Of a stretch of DNA of 64,000 bases, positions 51,802 through 62,097 are shown piece by piece; the stretch's first letter is position 1, and every line of letters starts with the position of its first letter. The position numbers were made by a program, and so were the translations under genes. This stretch comes from Alphaproteobacteria bacterium (GTDB taxonomy: Bacteria > Pseudomonadota > Alphaproteobacteria > Rickettsiales > JABSSG01), in the NCBI GenBank assembly GCA_030431375.1, contig JAUIIY010000002.1:21379-85378 (forward strand), given 5' to 3'. The notes under the pieces were generated by a model. The model searched no databases, had not been told where the DNA came from, and saw only the letters and a program-made list of their open reading frames with translations.

Positions 51802-51879
51802 TGGGGCGAACGACCGGGTTCGAACCGGCGACCCCCAGATCCACAATCTGGTGCTCTAACCAACTGAGCTACGCTCGCC
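51802..51879 (-). tRNA. tRNA-His (anticodon GUG) with encoded G-1 and CCA
   Basis: Reverse complement folds as G(-1)-GCGAGCG / D-arm GCTC..GAGC / CCAGA-TTGTGGA-TCTGG / GCCGG-TTCGAAC-CCGGT / CGTTCGC-C73-CCA. The extra 5' G opposite C73 is the His identity element. Confidence 0.9.
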
Positions 51880-51896
51880 ATATTTTTGTGAAGGCA

Positions 51897-51925
51897 AAAC
51901 TAATTGAAAGCCTTTACTTCGTCAA
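51897..51925 (-). promoter_or_regulatory. candidate promoter for tRNA-His (TTGACG-N17-TAGTTT on the minus strand)
   Basis: -35 at 51920-51925 and -10 at 51897-51902 (reverse complement). The -10 ends 17 nt upstream of the tRNA 5' end. Confidence 0.25.
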
Positions 51926-52066
51926 GATAATTATATATTATAGCCTTCATAAAAAATATATATTTTTGTACAAGATGCAACTTTTTCTCCCCATAACTCA
52001 CACTCAAATCTCCTAAATCTGGTAATCCAGAAAGCTTATTGTCTTTACAACAAACAAAATATTAAA

Positions 52067-53305
52067 ATGAAAAAAATAGTTTTTATAGGAAGCATTGCAA
52101 ATAGCCTTGAATGGTACGATTTTGCCCTATACGCACATTTAGCATCTATATTAGGAGAAAAATTCTTCCCTCAATTTGATGAAAATGCCTCCTTATTAGC
52201 AACCCTAGCTGTTTTTGGAGCTGGCTTCATAATGAGACCGTTCGGAGCAGGCCTATTTGGCGTTATAGGAGACCGATATGGGAGAAAAACCTCACTAAGT
52301 CTTGCGATATTGTGCATGTCAATTCCAACTGCGATGGTCGGTATTTTACCATCATACGAGACAATAGGAATAGCAGCACCAATAATATTATGCTTACTAA
52401 GATTGACCCAGGGCCTATCTCTCGGCGGAGCTCTAATTGGCTCAGTGTCATACATAGTAGAACATGCTCCCAAAAATAAACGTGGAGTTGCAGGTAGTGC
52501 AACGATGTTTAGCCTGTGCTTTGGATTCATGCTCGGGTCTTTTGTTGCATGGCTTTTTACTGGTTTAATGGGTGAAGAAAATTTCCGAAGTTATGGATGG
52601 AGATTTCCTTTCTTCCTAAGCCTTGCAGCCATGTTTATCAGCTATTATTTAAGAAAACATGCTGATGAAACGCCTGAATTTACCGAGGCTAAAGAACAAG
52701 GAAAACTTACAAAAAAACCCATCGCAACCTTGTTCAAGGCATATAAACATAATTTTATATCTTCAATTCTCATAAATGCGTTAGGCTCTGTTGGGTTTTA
52801 TGTACTAGCTGTTTATATCGGCATATATCTTGAAAATGCAAGAGGTTTATCGATATCAGATGCAAGCATTATGGAATCTTTTGTTATGATGGTTGTAATG
52901 ATTTCGGTTGTAATTGGTGGGACTTGTTCCGACAAAATTGGTAGAAAAAAATGGTTTACGCTGACATCTATTTTAACTGCCATCCTAATATACCCAATTA
53001 TATATTTTATAACCTCTGGAAATTACTATGAAATCTTTACAGCTCAATTTATTTTCGCTTTTCTTGTAGGATCATGGATAGGTCCAGAGCCATCTCTGCA
53101 AATGGCTTTATATCCAACTAATGTTCGTAATACTGGCGTTTCTTTGTCGTATAATATAGGCTGCACATTATTTGGCGGATTAACTCCAGCTTTATGCCAA
53201 TATCTATATGATAAGACGGATAATATAAACTTCATTGCAATATACATAATAATTATTGCTTTGATAAGTTTAGGCGCTGTAAGACTTGCAAAAAGAATTG
53301 CGTAG
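52067..53305 (+). CDS. MFS transporter, metabolite:H+ symporter (ProP-like) family
   Basis: 12-TM protein. N-terminal LEWYDFALYA motif and GDRYGRK loop typical of ProP/MHS transporters. Confidence 0.85.
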   Translation: MKKIVFIGSIANSLEWYDFALYAHLASILGEKFFPQFDENASLLATLAVFGAGFIMRPFGAGLFGVIGDRYGRKTSLSLAILCMSIPTAMVGILPSYETIGIAAPIILCLLRLTQGLSLGGALIGSVSYIVEHAPKNKRGVAGSATMFSLCFGFMLGSFVAWLFTGLMGEENFRSYGWRFPFFLSLAAMFISYYLRKHADETPEFTEAKEQGKLTKKPIATLFKAYKHNFISSILINALGSVGFYVLAVYIGIYLENARGLSISDASIMESFVMMVVMISVVIGGTCSDKIGRKKWFTLTSILTAILIYPIIYFITSGNYYEIFTAQFIFAFLVGSWIGPEPSLQMALYPTNVRNTGVSLSYNIGCTLFGGLTPALCQYLYDKTDNINFIAIYIIIIALISLGAVRLAKRIA

Positions 53306-53369
53306 ATTCCTGATTGCCAAAACGCATTGATATAATCTATAATAGCGTTTCGGTTAAAATTAGTTTTAC

Positions 53370-54674
53370 GTGTATATAAAAAAAAATATTTATAATTTGA
53401 AGAAATTAAAAAATGCTAAAAGGCATAAGATCTATTTCCTCATAATATTTATAATTGCTATTTTTATATATTCTAGCTTCTTTTTTCAGTCATATCTTCC
53501 ATCGGAGCATAAAATTCTTAGACTTCCTGATAAGAGTCTGAAAGAATCGATTGAGATTACCAAGGGTGATAATTTATTTAGTTTATTATCCCCATATGAT
53601 CTGGGCTTTGCAGAAATCAAAAATATGGTAAACGCTGCCGAACCGTATATAAATCTTGCTAATCTACGCTTGGGCCAAAAGTGGAATATTTATAGTTCTG
53701 ATGAAAAGGGCAAAAAGATTTTCAAGAATTTACAAATACAAATAAGTAAAGATAGCTGGCTGAAAATCACAAAAAGTGAAAATGGTGAGTTTACAATTAA
53801 AAAAATACTCAAACCACTTATAAAGAAATATGAATATTATTCGGTACCAATCGAATCAACTTTGCTTCAATCAGCTTTAAAGCATAATGTTCCGTACCAA
53901 AATATTATCCAATCCATCAACGCTCATAGCTATGATGTTGACTTTCAGAGGGATGTTAAGGATGGATCAAAATATGATGTGATAGTCGAGAAATTCATAG
54001 ACCCCGATGATCTAACTGAAGAATATGGAAAAACAATCTTTTCATCAGTAAAACTAAAAGATAAAAGCCATGAAATTTATTTAACTAAATTGACAGATGG
54101 TCAATATGATTATGCCACCTCCAACTATACAACAATAAAAAAATCCCTTCTAAAAACCCCCGTTCAGGCCACACGAATTTCTTCTAAATATGGAATGAGA
54201 AAACATCCTGTCCTTGGATATTCAAAGATGCATAGAGGGATTGATTTTGCTGCTCCTCCAGGAACACCAATATATGCTGCTGGTGATGGTACTGTCGTAG
54301 CATTGGGTAGAAAAGGAGGCTATGGCAGATATATCAGAATAAAACATAATGGCCGGATATCAACAGCTTACGCCCATCTTTTATCATATGCAAAAGGCTT
54401 AAGAAAAGGGCAAAAAGTAAAGCAAGGTCAGGTTATAGGTAAAGTCGGAGCATCTGGCAGAGCAACTGGTCCGCATCTTCACTATGAAGTTTTAATCAAT
54501 GGAAAACATGTAAATCCGTTGTCAATCAAGTCCCAGCCTTCAAGAAAATTAAATCAAAAAGAAATCACTGATTTAACCACAATCAAAAATATCGTGGCCA
54601 ATATATTAAGTAACTCTGGAAGAATATCGGAAAACAACAACTCAAATCTAGCAGCATTCTATGAAACAAAGTAA
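53370..54674 (+). CDS. M23-family murein endopeptidase (MepM/NlpD-like)
   Basis: GTG start, N-terminal TM anchor, C-terminal LytM domain (HRGIDFAAPPGTPIYAAGDG…, GPHLHYEV). Confidence 0.85.
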   Translation: MYIKKNIYNLKKLKNAKRHKIYFLIIFIIAIFIYSSFFFQSYLPSEHKILRLPDKSLKESIEITKGDNLFSLLSPYDLGFAEIKNMVNAAEPYINLANLRLGQKWNIYSSDEKGKKIFKNLQIQISKDSWLKITKSENGEFTIKKILKPLIKKYEYYSVPIESTLLQSALKHNVPYQNIIQSINAHSYDVDFQRDVKDGSKYDVIVEKFIDPDDLTEEYGKTIFSSVKLKDKSHEIYLTKLTDGQYDYATSNYTTIKKSLLKTPVQATRISSKYGMRKHPVLGYSKMHRGIDFAAPPGTPIYAAGDGTVVALGRKGGYGRYIRIKHNGRISTAYAHLLSYAKGLRKGQKVKQGQVIGKVGASGRATGPHLHYEVLINGKHVNPLSIKSQPSRKLNQKEITDLTTIKNIVANILSNSGRISENNNSNLAAFYETK

Positions 54675-54966
54675 TCATATTCATATTTTCATGTGCGTGA
54701 ATAAAAAGCCAGAAGATCACCCAGGTAAATCCTGCGGGAGACAAAATTCTGAACAACATGTTGAATTGCTCAAAAATAAAATTCAACATATCCCTAATCT
54801 AGAAGTAAAAATCACAAAATCTCTTTGCCTAGGTAAATGTGGTAAAGGCCCAGCCGCGATCATATATCCAGAAGGTCAATATATCAAAATGGAGAATAAG
54901 CACGATATTGAAAAGCTAGTAAGTTATCTTGAAGGAAAAAATGACATTAATGATATAATTATATAG
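54661..54966 (+). CDS. thioredoxin-like [2Fe-2S] ferredoxin domain protein
   Basis: 101 aa with the cysteine pattern HIFMC…SCG…CLGKCGKGP and a downstream IYPEG motif. Overlaps the M23 gene by 14 nt. Confidence 0.65.
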   Translation: MKQSNHIHIFMCVNKKPEDHPGKSCGRQNSEQHVELLKNKIQHIPNLEVKITKSLCLGKCGKGPAAIIYPEGQYIKMENKHDIEKLVSYLEGKNDINDIII

Positions 54967-54977
54967 ACTATAGGGTA

Positions 54978-54991
54978 GTTTCACGTGAAAC
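54978..54991. promoter_or_regulatory. perfect 14-bp palindrome GTTTCACGTGAAAC (candidate operator)
   Basis: Read directly from the sequence. It lies 11 nt after the ferredoxin stop and 11 nt before the 55003 ATG, and is flanked by an outer imperfect inverted repeat (ACTATA…TATAGT). Confidence 0.35.
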
Positions 54992-55002
54992 CAATATAGT
55001 GT

Positions 55003-56334
55003 ATGGGAACAAATTATTACCACTTAATCCATTTTTTACCTGGTCTCGAGCGAGAGCAAATGATGAAAGGGCATGAAAAACTGGCAAACCAGATTGTTCA
55101 ATCAGGGCGCTTTAGAATCGATGCCGGAGATAAAATAAACTTTGCTCGTCTCTATGTACCACATCATAATATTAGCATGATGTTCAGTAAAAGAGAGCTT
55201 TACGACGAAAGACTCGTTGACAGAACCAGAAAAATTATTGGCCAACAATTCTCTTCCTCTTACAGAGGCTCAATGCTTGAACAGGTGATAACCAAGCATA
55301 TTAACATCATGAAAAAAGAGGTGAATAAATATCAGAAAATCTCTGAAGAGGAGGAATTAAAATTAGCTCGTTTAGTAGTACAAGCAGCTCATCCATCTGT
55401 AATCATGTTAGTGCTGCTTGATAACACCGAAATCTACCTTTCTCACTCTTATAATATCGGTGATATGCTAGATATAAATTCATGGCGCACTTGTGGTACA
55501 AATAGTGGAATGCAGAGCACTGACGGTAGGGATGCAGCCATCTTTATCTCTTGCGGAGGTGATCCTCTAAGACCAAACGCAAAACCAGAGGCAACTTATG
55601 GTGATGGATGGCCAGCTATCGCAAGGCTACTGGTAATTGGCGGCCAGGAAATCGGACATTATTCGGACATTAAAAGAGACAAATATGGCAGACAAATCTC
55701 ACGATATTCTGCAGATCTCGGCGCAACAAGAGCAAAACCCCACGTAAAACTTGCCCGCCGGAAAGATATAGCGCATGATAACAATATGCTAACTAAATTA
55801 TATCATAAAGGTTTTGGCAATTGGCTACGCTGCACTGAAGAACTAAAATTCTTTGATAAAAATAAAAGAAAGGGTTGGGTCAGATATAAAACAATATTTT
55901 TGATATGGTTTTATAAAATCAGATTATTCTCTAAGGTTAAACATAGTGAATTAGACTTCGTCGAAGATTTCCAAATTGAGAAATATCCAGCAATTATGGT
56001 AAAAGCTTTATTTGAAGATATGCTATTTAATCTAACACCTATAGCAGATGTTTATAAGCGGGACGATCCTGAGGAAGAGGAGGCCATTGCATGTATAGAG
56101 GCTCTAGCCCGGGTACCTCAGCAGGTAAATAAGTGGGGGCGGAAAGCAACAAAAATCATGATGAAAGAATTATATAAAGTTTATTACAGAGAGGTCATAC
56201 CTGGTTGCATTACCGCCTACGAAAATATGTCAGGTAAAAAATATTACTTTGATAAAACCCCTGAGGAGCAAAGCCCCATATATAAAATCAAAAACTTCTT
56301 TAAAAAAAGATCTTACCCTTCTCGGGAAATCTGA
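55003..56334 (+). CDS. hypothetical protein (443 aa), no recognised family
   Basis: Long uninterrupted ORF with no signal peptide. Contains a GGQEIGHYSD segment and an acidic DDPEEEEA patch. Its 3' end overlaps mreC convergently by 22 nt. Confidence 0.6.
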   Translation: MGTNYYHLIHFLPGLEREQMMKGHEKLANQIVQSGRFRIDAGDKINFARLYVPHHNISMMFSKRELYDERLVDRTRKIIGQQFSSSYRGSMLEQVITKHINIMKKEVNKYQKISEEEELKLARLVVQAAHPSVIMLVLLDNTEIYLSHSYNIGDMLDINSWRTCGTNSGMQSTDGRDAAIFISCGGDPLRPNAKPEATYGDGWPAIARLLVIGGQEIGHYSDIKRDKYGRQISRYSADLGATRAKPHVKLARRKDIAHDNNMLTKLYHKGFGNWLRCTEELKFFDKNKRKGWVRYKTIFLIWFYKIRLFSKVKHSELDFVEDFQIEKYPAIMVKALFEDMLFNLTPIADVYKRDDPEEEEAIACIEALARVPQQVNKWGRKATKIMMKELYKVYYREVIPGCITAYENMSGKKYYFDKTPEEQSPIYKIKNFFKKRSYPSREI

Positions 56335-57113
56335 TTGCCAATCACCTGAACGTAATGCAAATTACGCAAGTCAAACATTGGCTCTAATAAAATTAAACCA
56401 GCATCAACGGATATTATTTTTCCTATCGCCATTCCCTCAGGAAAGTATCCCCCTTCACCAGTAGTATAAATAACCTGCCCTATCTCCATCTGATGCTCCT
56501 CTTCAACAAAATCAGCTTGCAGTTTCTTATTTCCAAGGCCATAAATTATCATCTTATTCTTACTAATAGGGTTGAAACCAACTATCCTTGAATTAGGGTC
56601 TGTAATTAATATTACATCACTGAAATTTTTACCAACATATGACACCCTACCTATAACACCCAATTCACTTACAACACTCATTCCCGGTTTCACATCTGAA
56701 ATTTCACCAGCAGCAATCATCATATTTCCAATAAAATCGTCAATGGACTTAGAAATTATTCTCGTTGAAACAATGAGGCTAGGCACTGTTTTAGAAAATT
56801 TTAACATTTTCTTGAGTTCACGATTTTGGCTTTCTATGAAAGATTGCTCATTAAATTTATGAATAATGCGCTCATTTTCTGTCTTAAGCATCCGTAATTT
56901 ATCAACCGATCTTATATGGTCTTCATATCGATTTTTTAGATTTGCTATTTTTTCTGTACTGTAAGAGATATAAGACTGCAAAATGCTATATATATCTTCG
57001 ACTTTATGTCTAATTAAATCACTTTTTAGATAAACAAAAACAGCCACTACTAGGCTAAGCAGAAGAACAAAAATAAAGGATATATATTTCGATAATTTAA
57101 ATTTCTCTAACAA
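56313..57113 (-). CDS. mreC: rod shape-determining protein MreC
   Basis: TTG start 6 nt after the mreB stop. N-terminal TM, coiled-coil, and beta-barrel domains (…GMSVVSELGVIGRV…, …YTTGEGGYFPEGMAIGKI). Confidence 0.85.
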   Translation of the reverse strand: MLEKFKLSKYISFIFVLLLSLVVAVFVYLKSDLIRHKVEDIYSILQSYISYSTEKIANLKNRYEDHIRSVDKLRMLKTENERIIHKFNEQSFIESQNRELKKMLKFSKTVPSLIVSTRIISKSIDDFIGNMMIAAGEISDVKPGMSVVSELGVIGRVSYVGKNFSDVILITDPNSRIVGFNPISKNKMIIYGLGNKKLQADFVEEEHQMEIGQVIYTTGEGGYFPEGMAIGKIISVDAGLILLEPMFDLRNLHYVQVIGNQISREG

Positions 57114-57119
57114 CTGAAT

Positions 57120-58187
<1,068 letters not shown>

Positions 58188-58209
58188 TCAATATATTGAT
58201 TAGAAAAAC

Positions 58210-58224
58210 TAGAATCAGATTCTA
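58210..58224. promoter_or_regulatory. 15-bp palindrome TAGAATCaGATTCTA in the mreB / DUF1467-gltX divergent region
   Basis: Read directly from the sequence. It is a 7-1-7 perfect inverted repeat, 50 nt from the mreB start and 45 nt from the 58269 start. Confidence 0.25.
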
Positions 58225-58268
58225 TTTATTAACAATCAATAAAATAACACCAATCAATTAAGTTATCT

Positions 58269-58511
58269 ATGGATTTCGTATTTTATTTTGTTTTTTTCTG
58301 TATGTCATGGTGGATAATATTATTTATTATCCTACCAATCGGAGTAGTGACTGCTAAAAAACCAGAAAAAGGTCATGCTGATAGTGCACCACTAAATCCG
58401 CGTATTGGCATAAAATTCCTTGCCACAACAATAATTGCTGTTTTAATTACCGCAATTTTGGCATATTTTGTAGAGATACAAAATTTTAACTTAGATTTCT
58501 TGAAAAACTAA
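58269..58511 (+). CDS. small membrane protein, DUF1467-like
   Basis: 80 aa with two TM segments. The WWIILFIILPIGV…ADSAPLNP…K…TT pattern matches my recollection of the alphaproteobacterial DUF1467 family. gltX starts 2 nt after its stop. Confidence 0.6.
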   Translation: MDFVFYFVFFCMSWWIILFIILPIGVVTAKKPEKGHADSAPLNPRIGIKFLATTIIAVLITAILAYFVEIQNFNLDFLKN

Positions 58512-58512
58512 A

Positions 58513-59877
58513 ATGAGCATTATTACAAGATTTGCACCTTCTCCAACAGGTTATTTACATATTGGTGGAGCTCGAACAGCTCTATTTAACTATTTATATG
58601 CACGCCATCATAAGGGGAAATTTATTCTTCGTATTGAAGATACTGATAAATCAAGATCTACTAAAGAAGCTACACAAGCTATATTGGATGGTATGTCTTG
58701 GTTAGGGCTTGATTATGATGAACTTATTTATCAGTCACATAATGAAAAAGACCATGTTGATGTAGCAAAAGCTTTAGTAGAAAAAGGAGCAGCATATTAT
58801 TGCTATACTCCCCAATCAGAAATAATAGAAAGACGCGAACAAGCACAGAAAGAAAAAAGACACTTTAAATTTGTTAGCCCATGGAGGGATAAAAACCCTT
58901 CAGAAGCTCCAAAAGATCAAAAACCAGTCATAAGAATAAAGGCACCATTATCTGGTAGCATTACTATAAATGATGAAGTTCAGAGAAAAGTGGAGGTTTC
59001 ATGCACCGAACTTGATGACATGATTCTACTGCGTTCTGACGGAACACCAACATATATGCTAGCAGTTGTAGTAGATGATCATAACGAGAAGATTTCTCAC
59101 ATCATTAGAGGAGATGATCACCTTAATAATGCTTTTAGACAGGCACTAATTTATAATGCAATGGGCTGGCAAATTCCTACCATGGCGCATATACCCTTGA
59201 TTCATGGTTCTGATGGTAAAAAGCTTTCTAAAAGACATGGGGCTCTAGGCTTAGATTATTACCAAGAAAATGGTTATTTAAAAGAAGCTATCTTCAACTA
59301 TTTACTGAGACTAGGTTGGAGCCACGGCGATGATGAGATTATATCTAAAGAGCAAGCTATAAAATGGTTTAATACAGCCTCTTTAGGAAAATCTGCTGCC
59401 AGATTAGATTTTGACAAAATGCTTCATGTTAATTCGCACTATATTAAAACCCTTGGACATAAAGAAATCTTTGAACAACTTAATCTCCTATCGAGTGATG
59501 TTGAAAAGATCTATCCTGCAATTGACGTCATCAGAAGCAGAGCGAAAACTTTAAATGATATAAGAGATTTCTTGACTCAGGTTATTCTGACAAATAAGTC
59601 TCTTGCAAAGGATGAAAAAGCAGAAGAAATTATCCAACACACAGACAAATCGGTAATTTCTGAATATGTTTCTGGCCTGGAGAAAATTGCTCAATGGAGC
59701 GAAGAACACATCAAAAATTATACCAAAACTTTTACTGATGAACGTGAATTAAAATTGGGAGTAATAGCACAATTTATCAGAGCTCAATTAACAGGAACAG
59801 CGTCTTCACCTAGCGTATTCGAAATCATGCCAATCCTTGGCAAGGAAGAATCCTTAAAAAGGTTAAGGGACTATTAA
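58513..59877 (+). CDS. gltX: glutamate--tRNA ligase
   Basis: Class I motifs PSPTGYLHIGGART and KLSKRHG. 454 aa. Confidence 0.95.
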   Translation: MSIITRFAPSPTGYLHIGGARTALFNYLYARHHKGKFILRIEDTDKSRSTKEATQAILDGMSWLGLDYDELIYQSHNEKDHVDVAKALVEKGAAYYCYTPQSEIIERREQAQKEKRHFKFVSPWRDKNPSEAPKDQKPVIRIKAPLSGSITINDEVQRKVEVSCTELDDMILLRSDGTPTYMLAVVVDDHNEKISHIIRGDDHLNNAFRQALIYNAMGWQIPTMAHIPLIHGSDGKKLSKRHGALGLDYYQENGYLKEAIFNYLLRLGWSHGDDEIISKEQAIKWFNTASLGKSAARLDFDKMLHVNSHYIKTLGHKEIFEQLNLLSSDVEKIYPAIDVIRSRAKTLNDIRDFLTQVILTNKSLAKDEKAEEIIQHTDKSVISEYVSGLEKIAQWSEEHIKNYTKTFTDERELKLGVIAQFIRAQLTGTASSPSVFEIMPILGKEESLKRLRDY

Positions 59878-59905
59878 TTGACAATAATTAAATTAAACTT
59901 ATATT
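59878..59905 (+). promoter_or_regulatory. candidate promoter (TTGACA-N16-TATATT) upstream of def-fmt-truA
   Basis: A consensus -35 hexamer immediately after the gltX stop. The -10 is at 59900-59905, 26 nt before the def ATG. Confidence 0.3.
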
Positions 59906-59931
59906 ATTTCTAAATTACTAAGGCTTTAATT

Positions 59932-60453
59932 ATGGCAATTTTAGATATATTAATAGCACCAGATCCAATTCTACAAACACCTGCGGAAAAGGTAGGTGAG
60001 GTAGATCATGATATAAAAAAAATTGTCAAAGACATGATAGAAACCATGTATGATGCCCAAGGTGCAGGTCTTGCGGCAAACCAAGTTGGTATATTAAAGC
60101 AAATTCTTATTTTAGATGTAACAAGCTACGGAGTAAAACAAGATAAGCCTTATGTAATGATAAATCCGGAGTTGACCTATGCATCAGATGAAACTTGGGA
60201 TCACGAAGAAGGATGCCTATCTTTTCCGATTGTCAGAGTAAATGTAACTCGGCCGCAAATTATTCGAATCAAATATCTTGATGAAAACGGAAAAGAGCAT
60301 TCATTAGAAGCTGATGGATGGCTAGCAAGAGGAATTTTGCATGAGATGGATCATTTGAAAGGTGTAACTCAATTAGATTATGCTTCATCACCTTTAAAAA
60401 GGGAAATGATGATCCGCAAGTTGAATAAATATAAAAAATTACATAGCAAATGA
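59932..60453 (+). CDS. def: peptide deformylase
   Basis: Motifs GAGLAANQ, EGCLS and HEMDH. Confidence 0.95.
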   Translation: MAILDILIAPDPILQTPAEKVGEVDHDIKKIVKDMIETMYDAQGAGLAANQVGILKQILILDVTSYGVKQDKPYVMINPELTYASDETWDHEEGCLSFPIVRVNVTRPQIIRIKYLDENGKEHSLEADGWLARGILHEMDHLKGVTQLDYASSPLKREMMIRKLNKYKKLHSK

Positions 60454-61370
60454 GAATTGTTTTTATGGGTACTCCCGAATTTGCCATACCAGCAATTTCG
60501 GCTTTGTTAAACTCCGAACATCAAATTATAGCTGTTTACTCTCAGCCTCCGTCTATCTCCGGGCGTGGGAAGAAGCTTCAAAAATCGCCTATACATATTT
60601 TTGCTGAGAAAAATAACATTGAGATAAACACTCCAAAAACGTTCAAGATAACTGAAAATGTTAAATATTTAAGGGGACTAAATCCTGATCTTATTGTAGT
60701 GGCTGCATATGGTTTAATCTTGCGCCAAGATGTTTTGGATATACCAAAATTTGGATGTTTTAACATCCACCCCTCAATGCTACCAAGATGGAGAGGTGCT
60801 GCGCCTATAGAACGTACAATAGAAGCAGGCGACACAGAAACTTCTGTTTGCATAATGCAAATGGATGCAGGACTAGATACTGGTGATATTTTGTTACAAG
60901 AAAAAGTAAAAATTGAACCAAAAGAGACCGGATCCTCCTTATCTAAGAAGACTGCACAAATAGGAGCAAAACTCCTTCTCGAAGCTATTGCAAATATTGG
61001 CAAGTTACAACCTACAAAACAATCAGATGAAGGCATTACCTATGCACATAAAATCTCTAAGGAAGAAGGAAGAATTAACTGGGAATTATCGGCTCAAGAA
61101 ATAGAAAGAAAAATTAGAGCCTTTGACAATTTCCCAAAATGCTGGCTGACGCTTAACCATGAAAATATAAAAATTCTGTCCTCTGAAATTATCCCGGTCA
61201 ATTCAAATCACAAAGCTGGAACAATTATAGATGACAAGTTCAGTGTTCAAACTGGAAACGGGCAGATAAGGCCTCTTATATTACAAAAACCAGGGAAAAA
61301 TCCTGTCTCTATTAAAGATTTCCTTAATGGTACAAAAATTCATCCGGGAACAATTCTAGATGAGATATAA
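60450..61370 (+). CDS. fmt: methionyl-tRNA formyltransferase
   Basis: MRIVFMGTPEFA, NIHPSMLPRWRGAAPI. ATGA overlap with def. Confidence 0.95.
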   Translation: MRIVFMGTPEFAIPAISALLNSEHQIIAVYSQPPSISGRGKKLQKSPIHIFAEKNNIEINTPKTFKITENVKYLRGLNPDLIVVAAYGLILRQDVLDIPKFGCFNIHPSMLPRWRGAAPIERTIEAGDTETSVCIMQMDAGLDTGDILLQEKVKIEPKETGSSLSKKTAQIGAKLLLEAIANIGKLQPTKQSDEGITYAHKISKEEGRINWELSAQEIERKIRAFDNFPKCWLTLNHENIKILSSEIIPVNSNHKAGTIIDDKFSVQTGNGQIRPLILQKPGKNPVSIKDFLNGTKIHPGTILDEI

Positions 61371-62097
61371 AATTGTTGTAGAATATGACGGCACTAACTT
61401 TGCTGGATGGCAAATTCAAACGGATGCAGCTTCAATTCAAGGCGAGATAGAACAAGCCATCTTTAAAGTTACTAAAGAAAAATGTTTTGTATATTGTGCT
61501 GGCAGGACAGATGCTGGAGTGCACGCAAGGGGGCAAGTAGCACATTTTGATCTTGAGCAAGGGAGTCTACCCCCTGATCAATTAAGAAAGGCGATAAATT
61601 TTCATTTGAATGAAAAACCCATCTCTATTTTGTCTTGCCTAGAGGTAAATGAAGAATTCCATGCCAGATTTTCAGCTAAACAACGACATTATCGTTACTT
61701 AATTTTAAACCGAGCATCAACGCCAGCTCTTGATAAAGACAGAGTTTGGTATATCAGATATCCAATTAATTTAGCTTTAATGATTGAGGCAAGTAAGCTT
61801 CTGCTAGGCAACCATGACTTTTCTAGCTTTAGGTCAAGCCAATGCCAAGCAAAATCACCAATTAAAACCATAGATACAATAGAAATATCTAGATTTGACG
61901 ACATCATACAAATTGATATATCAGCCCTCTCATTTTTACATCACATGGTAAGAAATATAGTTGGAAGCCTAGCAGCTGTTGGTACAGAGAAAATATCCAC
62001 TGCTGATTTTAAAGCCATTCTTGATGCTAAAGACAGAAAAAAAGCCGGCGTTACAGCACCGGCTTGTGGTTTATTTTTTATGAATGTTGATTATTAG
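61360..62097 (+). CDS. truA: tRNA pseudouridine(38-40) synthase TruA
   Basis: YDGTNFAGWQIQ, the GRTDAGVHA catalytic Asp motif, and FLHHMVRNIVG. Confidence 0.95.
   Translation: MRYKIVVEYDGTNFAGWQIQTDAASIQGEIEQAIFKVTKEKCFVYCAGRTDAGVHARGQVAHFDLEQGSLPPDQLRKAINFHLNEKPISILSCLEVNEEFHARFSAKQRHYRYLILNRASTPALDKDRVWYIRYPINLALMIEASKLLLGNHDFSSFRSSQCQAKSPIKTIDTIEISRFDDIIQIDISALSFLHHMVRNIVGSLAAVGTEKISTADFKAILDAKDRKKAGVTAPACGLFFMNVDY

Noticed and set aside
51790-51846. N-terminal extension (MWIWGSPVRTRSFAPSSLL) of the 50956..51846 ORF
   Set aside because: This stretch is simply the reverse-strand translation of tRNA-His (the T-arm GGTTCGAACC gives the residues VRT). A Rossmann-type start, MKSIFLIGWGY, at 51789 is the sensible start.
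53319-53350. Inverted repeat AAACGC…GCGTTT after the MFS transporter gene, enclosing two TATAAT hexamers
   Set aside because: The 6-bp stem has a 19-nt loop, which is too weak for a terminator call. The TATAAT hexamers lack credible -35 partners.
56249-56464. 71-aa plus-strand ORF spanning the end of the 443-aa gene and the mreC 3' end
   Set aside because: It is out of frame within two better-supported genes and has no features.
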